Below the pieces are notes generated by a model that searched no databases, was not told the DNA's origin, and was given only the letters and a program-made list of their open reading frames with translations. A DNA stretch of 64,000 bases from the human T2T-CHM13v2.0 reference genome, Homo sapiens, in NCBI RefSeq assembly GCF_009914755.1, contig NC_060935.1; one strand, written 5' to 3'. The translations under genes were made by a program, and so were the position numbers. Shown piece after piece: positions 55,060 to 64,000 of this stretch (positions are counted from its first letter, which is position 1; every line of letters starts with the position of its first letter).

Positions 55060-55440
55060 ACGTTCCTACACATTTAATCTATGCCACAATTCTAAGAGGT
55101 ACACATCATTATCCCATTTTGCAGATGAAGAAATTGAGGTCACACCCTTTGTGGTTAACTAAGTTAAGATTCTAACCCGGATCTGTCTGACCCAAAGCCT
55201 GGCCACTTCTCATGACTTCGGACAACTTAGTGCCCTGCCTCTCACCCAGGCATCTGCATTTTAAAAGAGCCCATTCATAAAGTAAAACCTTGACTCAGGA
55301 GTTCTGAAAGATCTTCATTCATTCATTTATTCATCCAACAAATATTCACAAAGTGTCAATGGTGTGCTGGACACGGTTCTAGGCACTAAACAAACTCGAC
55401 ATGAACCTGTGCCTCCGGGAGCTTGTGTTCCAGCCTTTAA
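55060..55440 (-). mobile_element. MIR followed by an L2 3' end
   Basis: CCCATTTTGCAGATGAAGAAATTGAGG; TTCATTCATTCATTTATTCATCCAACAAATATT. Confidence 0.75.
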
Positions 55441-57149
55441 TGGCAGGTCCTCCAGTTGGCCCAGAGGCTGTGCTGGGCCTGGCTCTGAGCCCCGAGTGGC
55501 CACCACTTGGCATCTAAGCAGCTATGTCAGGAACCAAAGAGAAAGAAGCCAGGCTGGGAGGCAGTCCACCTCCCAAACTAGGCAGCTTGCTCTGTCAGTA
55601 CCTTCCCTGACTAAGATACAAGCAAAGTCAAAGTGGCTCCTTGCAGAAACAGGAATTCCAGGTAATAGAATGGAAGAGTGATTTCTTGATGGAGCATCTT
55701 CCCAGACTGCTCTAAATCATGCCCTTTAGGAAATCACTGGTAAGGCTAGCTTGTGCCCAAGCTTCTTGGTGTGTGTGTGGGGGTGTGTGTGTTTGTGTGT
55801 GTGTATATATGCATCACTTAATCCCAAGTGTCCTGAGGGCAAATACTCCAGCCCCAGTTTCTCGGGCACTCTCATCCAGCCACAATCAAGGAGTTTAAGG
55901 ACTCTCAGTCCAGCAGATGGACTGACCAATGGCCAATCTGCATGACTGTGTGCACAGACGTCCCCCAGGCCCCCAGGAGGACATGGGCTCCTCCTCCCCT
56001 TGTTCTCTGCCCACTCTTTCCTCCTTTCTTCTAATCATTCATAGTGACAGATTGACAGAAGTGCCCCCACCAGATAAAATTGCCTCTGGGCACAAGTACA
56101 AAACATAAAACATTTAGGGAAAATCATCCAAGAACAGTTGGCACTATGAGTAAACTGCTTTAAACACTCAACTATAAGCAACCAGTTTAAAGCTCTGGCA
56201 CAGCTGAGCCCTGGCATCAGCCTGGCCAGTTTCGCAGGGTCCCCAATCCTCTCACCCTCCTGGGCTCCCCTTGATCATAGCTACCCTCTCCTCTGGCTTC
56301 ACCCTTCCTCACCCCCATCCTGAGGCCAGGCAGCAACCCCTCTTCCTCTACAGGCACAGCTCAGGAATTCCCAACACTGGAGGACACACAGGAAAGTTCC
56401 CTTTTTCTAAATCCTTTCTCATGAAACCCCCATCACACACATCCCAGTACAAGGCTGAGGATGAAACATGATGAGCAGGACTCATCTTTGGATGAGAGCA
56501 CTAATTCCATGAAGGCCTTTACAAAGCCTGATCTCTCTGATCATCCTTACTCTTTGCATAGCATTTATGATCCATGGAGTCGTTACAGACCTGGTACCCC
56601 ACTGGCCCTCACAACTGCCTGTGTGGTAGGCTTATAACCTCATTCTTGAGATGGAGAAAAGGCCCAGAAGCAACTTCCCAGGCCACAAAGCTGACATGTA
56701 GCAGAGCTGGGACCCAAGTCTTTTCACTTTTTCACAGCCTTCCTGCCATGTCCAGCTACCTCTCAGCCCAGGCTCGGGTACTTCTCTAGGCCCAGAGGTG
56801 GTCTCACTGGGGTCCTGGGCACATTATCAAGGAAAGACAGATGTGGTCCCAGGAAGAAGGAAGGAGCAGCACAGGGGAGGGGTTTGGGAGCCTGCCAGGC
56901 CCAAAGGGGTAGGACCTCCCATCTGGACCTGGACCTGGCTGTCCTATTCCCCAGGGATACACCGTGGGGCATATTCCCAGGCAGGAGGCCTGGGTCTGGG
57001 CTGGGGCTGAGTCCAGGGTGCCCCTTTTCCTGCTATGGTGCTCCCAGGAGCTTCAGAGCAGCTGACACTCTCTGTCCTGCTGAGACTCAATCCCCAGGCC
57101 CCAGAGAGCAGCTGCCCTGAGGTAGCTGCTTCCTTTCTGTGTCTGACCA

Positions 57150-57430
57150 AGCCAAGTGTAAGGTTACTGCTTGCTCGAGTCTCTAACAGATGCCCAAGAC
57201 ACCTTCATCACACTTGCAGAATATATAGCACCTCCCCCAACTCTCACCCCATTTAATTCTGACAATAATATTATTAAGTTGGCATTAATGTCTCCATTTA
57301 ATGAATGAGAAAATCAAGGGCTTGGAAACATTAACGGAATTGCCATGAGTCATTAGTAGCTAAGAAATGGCAGAAACATTAACACCAGGTTCTCCGACCT
57401 GGAGCTCAGCACGACTTCCACTACCATCAG
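57150..57430 (-). mobile_element. MIR
   Basis: CATTTAATTCTGACAATAA...TCCATTTAATGAATGAGAAAATCAAGG. Confidence 0.65.
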
Positions 57431-58308
57431 TAATGCTCAACAAGCACCAGGCGGTCATCTATTGTGGTGATGGTCTTATTTGCATGCCATGCCCTCAGAG
57501 TCCTTCCTTATCCATAGATGCCCTTGTCTATTATGGTCCTGCCTGGGCTCTGGGTCAATTAGTGCATTGCCTCTCTTATGGTCTCGCTCACTCTTTCACT
57601 TAACATACATATATTGAACACCTGCTAGGTACCAGGCACTATATGAAGTGCTGGGAATGCAAATGGTGAACAACACACAGTGCCTTTCTAGAAGGAACTT
57701 CATGGTGGGGGTGGGAAACTGTGAGTAAAGCAGATGTGAAATTACATTGTGGTGGTTTCCATGACAAAGCAAGCATAGGTTGCTTCAGAGGACTTAGGTC
57801 AGAACACCTGGGCCAGTCTTAAAAGATGAAAGTCTTCTTGAGGAAAGAGACCTCTAAGATGTTATCTGAGCTATAAAAGTTTTGCCAGGCAAAGAGGGGA
57901 AGGTAGGGAATTCCAGGCAGAGGGGACAGCATGGCATGCCTAAGACTCCAAATATCTCATCCCGGATGTTGAATAGACCATAATAGGGACAAACCACGAG
58001 AGATGAGGCTGGAGAAATAGCAGAGGTGAAGTCCTGCAAAGGCAGGTGAGTATGTAGGTACCTGGGGGCCCAGAGCAATGGAGATTTACTAAAGATTATA
58101 GACAGGAAAATGATGAGGTCATCTGGACTTAGTAGAGATAAGAGACAGGAGAGGATGAAACTGGAAACAGGGAGACAAATTTGGGAATTAAGATAGTAGT
58201 CCAGAAGGCAGTAAAAGTGGAGAGACAGGGAAGAACTTAAAAGATGCTGCAGAGGTAACTCTGGCAGGATTTGGTGTTTTTAGAAGATGGAGAGTGAAAG
58301 AGGAGTCC

Positions 58309-58614
58309 AGCTGGGCACAGTGGCTCATGCCTGTAATCCCAGCACTTTGGGAGACTGAGGTGAGCAGATCACTTGAGGTCAGGAGTTTGAGACCAGCCTG
58401 GCCAACATGACGAAACCTTGTCTCTAATAAATGTACAAAAAATTAGCCAGGCATGGTGGTGCACACCTGTAGTCCCAGCTACTCAGCAGGCTGAGGTAGG
58501 AGAATTGCTTGAGCACCGGAGTGGAGGTTGCAGTGAGCCAAGATCGTGCCGTTGCACTCCAGCCTGGGTGATAGAGCAAGACTCCTTCTCAAAAAAAGAA
58601 AAGAAAAGAAAAAG
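58309..58614 (+). mobile_element. AluS (Sz/Sx-like)
   Basis: Full dimer; TSD GAAAGAGGAGTCC. Confidence 0.95.
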
Positions 58615-59124
58615 AAAGAGGAGTCCAAGCTGACTTCAGAGTTTCTGCCTTGGCAGCCAAGTAGAGGGTTCCACAGCCTAGCTCACCACCTGGCATGCAG
58701 CAGGCATGCAGTATGTATGTGTCAAATGAATGAATTCACCAAGGGAAGGAACACAGGAGGGACAGCTTTATTGAGAGGTAGGGGAACGATAAGTTTTGGA
58801 GATATGCAGCAAACAGTAGGACACGCAGAAGGTCTGGGGAGAGGAAAGATGCCAGCGCCATCAGCTGACAGATCATCATCAAATCCACAGGATTAGATTC
58901 AAACACAGAGTAAATGTGAAGGAGGCAGAGAACTAAACACTAAGAAACATTAAAAAGGTAAGGAAAGGGAGAGGAGAAGGGGCCTACAATAGACACCATG
59001 AAGAAGCAGTCCGGGAGAGGTAGGAAGAAAAAAATGAAGAAAACTGCATCATGAGAACCAAGGAAAAGAGAACATTTCCAGAAGGGGTGGTTGACCAGAT
59101 CTAGAGAAGTCAAGCAGGACAAGA

Positions 59125-59264
59125 GCATTGGAATCATCTTCTTTCACACACCACTCTGTTGAGGTCACCTGTGACCTGTACCCATCACTAAATGCAACAG
59201 GCAGGTGACATGTGCAGGTCACAGTGACCTCAACAGAGTAGTGTGTGAAAGATTATTTCAATGC
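59125..59264. repeat. long inverted repeat (core 59140-59178 / 59215-59252)
   Basis: 38-bp core with 1 mismatch and 1 bulge, extendable to ~60-nt arms. Confidence 0.95.
59216..59230. promoter_or_regulatory. perfect palindromic oestrogen response element motif (IR3)
   Basis: AGGTCA-CAG-TGACCT; the motif match is exact, occupancy is unknown. Confidence 0.6.
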
Positions 59265-59820
59265 AAAGAAAAGTAGAAAATTATGACATTTCAACATGTC
59301 TGGCTGTAAAAGAGCAAAGAGAGATGAGGCAATAACCGGGGGCAGGGGTGTAAAGTCAGAGAACGGTGTGCATTTGGCTGTGGCATGGGAGATGTTTAAA
59401 CAACGTGTGGATGGATTCAGAAAGAGGAGGGAGTGCTTGAAGTTTCAGCAGAGGAATGAGTTCATTGACGTGTGAGGTAAAGTCCCTGAGCAAAGATCAG
59501 AAAACTCAGTTTCAGGCAGGAGACCACTGGGACAGGAAAGAAGCAGGAGAAGTCCTGGTACAGATGCAGGGAAAGTGGTGTAGGGGGAAGTATGTTTAAG
59601 GCATTTTTGTCTAAGGGCTGCTATTGTCTCAAAGATCCCAGTGATGGGGTGAGATGGGGAAGGGGATGGATTGTTGAGAAAGTTCAAGGAGAATAAAGAA
59701 AGTTTAAGATCACTTCTTGCAGAAATGGCTACCTAGGGAATCAAAGAAAAACTACTAGAGCATCAAAGGCTCAGGAGAAGCCAGAGGCCATGAATTTGAG
59801 GAAGCCAGTCTACTCAACAG

Positions 59821-59922
59821 TGTGGGGTGTGTGTGTGTGTGCGCGTGCGCACGTGTGTGTGCGCACACACACACCCATGTGCACATGCACATGCATGCAC
59901 ACACACCCATGTGCACATGTGT
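59821..59922. repeat. compound (TG)/(CG)/(CA) alternating purine-pyrimidine repeat
   Basis: Read directly; partly self-complementary. Confidence 0.9.
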
Positions 59923-60060
59923 ATCTCTAGCAGCACTCAACAGTCCAAACTGAGAAGCAGAAAAAGTAGACCGTTAAATTGATCCAGAGTTTAGAGTTTT
60001 TCCAGGTCATAAGAGAGAAGCAATGGAGCAAAGTATCTGAGGATATTGCAAGAAGGTGGC

Positions 60061-60510
60061 AGTGATGGTTAATTTTATGTCTCAACTTGAGTGGGCTATT
60101 GGGTGCCAAGATACTTGGTCAAACACTATCCTGGGTATGTCTGTGAGGGCATTTCTGAATAAGATTAACATATGAGTGGGTAGGCTGAGTAAGGCACATT
60201 GTCCTCTCTAATGCCGGCAGGCCCCATTCAATCAATTGAAAGCCTGAAAAGAACAAAAAAAGCAATCTTCCCATGAGTAGAGGAAAATTCTTGCCTGATG
60301 GATGGCCTTCAAACTGAGACATCAGTTCTTTCTCGCTTTTGGACTCACATTGAAACACTGACTCTTTCGGGGAGCTGAGGCTGCCAGCTTTCAGTCTGGA
60401 ACTACCCCATCAGCTCCCTTGGGTCTCCAGCTTGCCAGCTACAGATCTGGGGACTTCTCAGCCTCTATAATTGTGTGAGCCCATTCCTTACGATATATAT
60501 AAGGAATATG

Positions 60511-60548
<38 letters not shown>

Positions 60549-60590
60549 ACATTTATATATATTAGTTTGGTTCTGGAGAACTCTAATACA
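60061..60590 (+). mobile_element. MLT2 (B/D-like) ERVL solo LTR
   Basis: GTGATGGTTAATTTTATGTCTCAACTTGA...GGTTCTGGAGAACTCTAATACA; 5-bp TSD GTGGC. Confidence 0.92.
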
Positions 60591-61505
60591 GTGGCTAAAT
60601 GATGGGCCAGAGAACTTGAACTGGATGGGAAAAGTAGTAAAGACAGGGAAGGTAAAGAAATCAAGGCATGTTCCATGATAGTGAGAAACACACTTAGGTG
60701 AAGAAACTGAGCAAGAGAACTTGGTTGATAGGAAATTGTGGCCAAAGCGCAGGATGTTCCAATGTAGGATCTCAGAGCGGGAAGCAGTTCTGGACCATAC
60801 AATCCAGATGTCACTGTGGAAGTGGCTGCCTAAAGTAGAGAAAAGGGAGAGACCAATGTATCTGTGAAGAGATGAGGACGAATTCGCCAGGATTTGGGTG
60901 AATTCTCTATGTGGGCATTGAAATCCTGGGACCTAGGAAGACCTTGGCACGTGGAGAAGACTGAGCAGATGCCACGTGTTCTGTGAGCGAGGGAGTGACC
61001 GAGAGGCCAGTGGGCAACCACAGTAAGAGGGAAAGAGAAAGCCAGAAGAGATGACACCAGCCTTCTGGAGCCGAGTTTCTTATGAGAGAGTAAAGGCCCA
61101 GATGTGGCTTTGGCGTGTGAGGGGGACACCAACCCCACTTCTCAACCCCGAGGCATATGAATATGAAACACAGTGTCCTCGGAAGAGCCAGTTTCCAGTT
61201 AGGACCAGGAGGTGGAGGGAACTTTCAGAGGAAATGTCAAGGAGGCAGGAGGATTTATGGACCATGGAGTGGGATACCAGAGGACAGTGGGAATGGTTAG
61301 GGAGGCAGGGGAGAAGAGGGAGGAGTTCAGGGAGAGGTCCCACAGAGACGTATAGGTCAGGTAGGGGAGAGGAAAGATGGCGGCAGAGATGATGTCTCAG
61401 GTAGGATGGCAGAGACAATACCGTTGATCTTTGAAAGACATGGATTTGAACTGTGTGGGTCCACTTGTACAGATTTTTTTTCAATAACTATATTTAAAAA
61501 CTCTG

Positions 61506-61898
<393 letters not shown>

Positions 61899-61999
61899 CT
61901 ATGTGAAGACGACAAGGAGAAGACCCTTATGAGGATCCACTTCCACTTAATGAATAGGAAATATGTTTTCTCTTCCTTGTGATTTTTCTTAATACATTT

Positions 62000-62295
62000 T
62001 TTAAATTAAATTGAATTGATTGAATTGAATTTTTGAGACAGGGTCTTGCTCTTTCACCCAGGCTGGAGCGCAGGGGCACTGTAACAGCTCACTGCAGCCT
62101 TGACCCCCTGGGCTCGATCAATCCTCCCACCCTAGCCTCCCAAGTAGGTGGGACTACAGGTGCATGCCACCACACCCAGCTAATTTTGTTTGTTTGTTTG
62201 TTATTTTTTGTAGAGACGGGGTTTCACTATGTTGCCCACGCTGGTCTCAAGCAATCCGCCCTCCTCATCCTCCGAAAGTGCTGGGATTACAGGCT
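62000..62295 (-). mobile_element. AluJ, 5'-truncated, (TTGAA)n tail
   Basis: Antisense J diagnostics GGGTCTTGCTC, CTCACTGCAGCCTTGACC; TSD-like TTAATA(A)CATTTT. Confidence 0.92.
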
Positions 62296-62517
62296 TTAAT
62301 AACATTTTATTTCCTTTAGCTTACTTTCTTGAAAGAATACAGTATATAATACATATGCATACAAAATATCTGTTAACTGTGTTATCAGTAAAGCTTTCAA
62401 TCAACAGTAGGCTACTGGTAGTTAAGTTTTGGGGGAGTCAAAAGTTATACACAGACTTTCGACTATGCAGGGGTGATTGAGGCTTCCAACCCCTGCATTA
62501 TTCAAGGGTCAGCTGTA

Positions 62518-62925
62518 CAATGTGTTCACCAGATTCCAGGTCATCTGCCTGTTTCTGGGCACTCAGGAAAGCTACATTTCCGAGCCTTCCTTGTACCTAC
62601 ACAAGGGATATCTGACAGAGTCCTGGCTAATGGCATGTGAACAGAAGTGGTAGGCCACTTCCTAGCTTGGCATAAGTCCCCACATATGCTTGTTTTTACT
62701 CTCTCTTCCCCTTCAAAGGCTCCTTTAGAGAGCGCATGTTAATATGGCAGCATCAGAAAACAGAAGGGGCGAGGATCCCTGCATCATTCATCCTTTGAAG
62801 AAGTTTATCCAAGAAGAGCCACCCCAGCCTGCAGCAGAATGTGATGCAACAAGAAATCCCCCTTGGCTGTGCTAAGCCACTGGGATTTGAGGGTTGCTTG
62901 TCACTGCAGCATAGCCTGGCCTGTG
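62518..62925 (+). mobile_element. old MLT1 (I/J/K-like) MaLR LTR
   Basis: CTACATTTCCC...TGGCTAATGGCATGTGAACAGAAGTG...TAAGCCACTGGGATTTGAGGGTTG...GCAGCATAGCCTGGCC. Confidence 0.75.
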
Positions 62926-63344
62926 TGGTGGCCAAGGATGGCATGAAGGAGCACTGTGATGGCAATGACCTGGCCGAAGATTTCCGTGAGAATCAGTCAC
63001 AATATTTCCTTGGTAGATTGGGTTGGCAGAGGAAGATGTGGGAAAATGGTTGAGAGAAGAAAGAAAAAGTGGGAAGGTAGAAAGACTCAGACCTTTCTAG
63101 AAGGGCTCAGCCACACCTTGGATTGATCAGGGCCCCAACTTCATATACCTCATTTATAACAGGGGATGGGGTCCAAGTCTCCTCCAGCCTCCAGAGGTAG
63201 TTATGGAGACGTTGGAAGACCTTCTCCCCAGTCTGAGGGATTATGAGTCCTGTGCCTGTCACCAATGTGCTGTGGGACTAGGTCATTCAACCTCTCTATG
63301 TCTCTGATGTCTCCTTTCTTTCACCCAAAGACGGTTCATTTACA

Positions 63345-63470
63345 CCTCCACTCATTCCATGAACACGCATTGACCACCTACTGCAATCCAGGGACCACAC
63401 TAGGTGCTGAAATCAGAGACGACTAAGACACTCTCCCTGTCCAGAGACTGATGCAACTCTCCAGAGGAAG
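63345..63470 (-). mobile_element. L2 3' end
   Basis: CATTCCATGAACACGCATTGACCACCTAC...CTAGGTGCTG...AAGACACTCTCCCTGTCC. Confidence 0.65.
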
Positions 63471-64000
63471 ACTGAGGACTGAAAGTATCTTGGTGACATG
63501 CAATGTCCTTAGAAGTCATGCTGCTAGTGCTCTCAGGCTCGGGCCTGTGTTGGCCTGGAGTTCTCAGCAGTCAGTGGGGCCCTACCTTGGGGCACTGTCC
63601 CCTTCTCTGGTCCCTCCCAGGCAGGGTAAGGGTGAGAAGAGGTGGGACTTCTGTTCCCTGGCTCCCAGGTGGACTGAGACCAGTCTAGCTGGGAGGGCTT
63701 TGAACCTGCACAGCCTTGACCTCCCTCTCTCCCAAAGCCCAGAGGAATAACTCTGTACCCAGGAGGAGGCTACAGATCAGCAGAGATGGGGAGCAAAGTG
63801 GAGGTTTGAAAATAACAAGGTTTTCACCCTGTGGGCCCTGGCCTGGCCTGGCCTGACACTGCTGCTGTAGCCCTCTGGGGTCCCCAACCTGCCCTTCTGC
63901 TTCATCTCTGCCCACCCCCTCCCTCTCTCCCTGGGTCCCTGGCCAAGCCCCTTTCACTACTGTCCCATGGTTCCCCCTGTCGGTCTCTGTCTTCTCCATT

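Larger units (their letters stand above)
57590..61400 (-). mobile_element. long fragmented L2, interrupted by an Alu, an MLT2 and a microsatellite
   Basis: ATATTGAACACCTGCTAGGTACCAGGCAC, GGGAATTCCAGGCAGAGGGGACAGC, GAGATGAGGCTGGAGA, CATGAGAACCAAGGAAAAGAG; purine-rich antisense ORF relic further right. Confidence 0.75.

Noticed and set aside
57478-57664. Additional perfect octamers ATTTGCAT/ATGCAAAT
   Set aside because: In or beside L2/MIR relics; a handful of 8-mer hits are expected by chance in 64 kb

Overview
Primate genomic DNA, almost certainly human: it carries an apparently consensus-identical AluYd8 plus AluJ/S, MIR, L2, L1M, MaLR/ERV LTRs and MER DNA transposons. I find no credible protein-coding exon, rRNA, tRNA or CRISPR array. 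The ORF track is explained by repeats and chance, and the only recognisable protein relics are the decayed ORF1/ORF2 of an ancient L1 at ~35.4-41.9 kb. Between the repeats lie a strong CTCF motif (15.7 kb), a CpG island with no associated gene (~16.6-17.3 kb) and a series of repeat-free, TAAT/homeodomain-, POU-, PBX/MEIS- and TCF-motif-rich blocks. These look like conserved developmental enhancers, i.e. a gene desert or large intron near a developmental regulator (inference; I cannot name the locus). The most unusual directly visible structures are local templated rearrangements: (1) a ~140-nt fold-back in an L2 (59125-59264) whose native arm holds a perfect AGGTCAcagTGACCT oestrogen response element and whose copied arm holds an IR4 variant; (2) a 26-bp pre-miRNA-like hairpin (34941-35011); (3) a 144-bp block apparently copied from 31.3 kb into an L2 at 29.55 kb; (4) an Alu whose 5' part is replaced by an inverted copy of its own flank. 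Repeat subfamily calls are from remembered consensus sequences, and the boundaries of old repeats are approximate.
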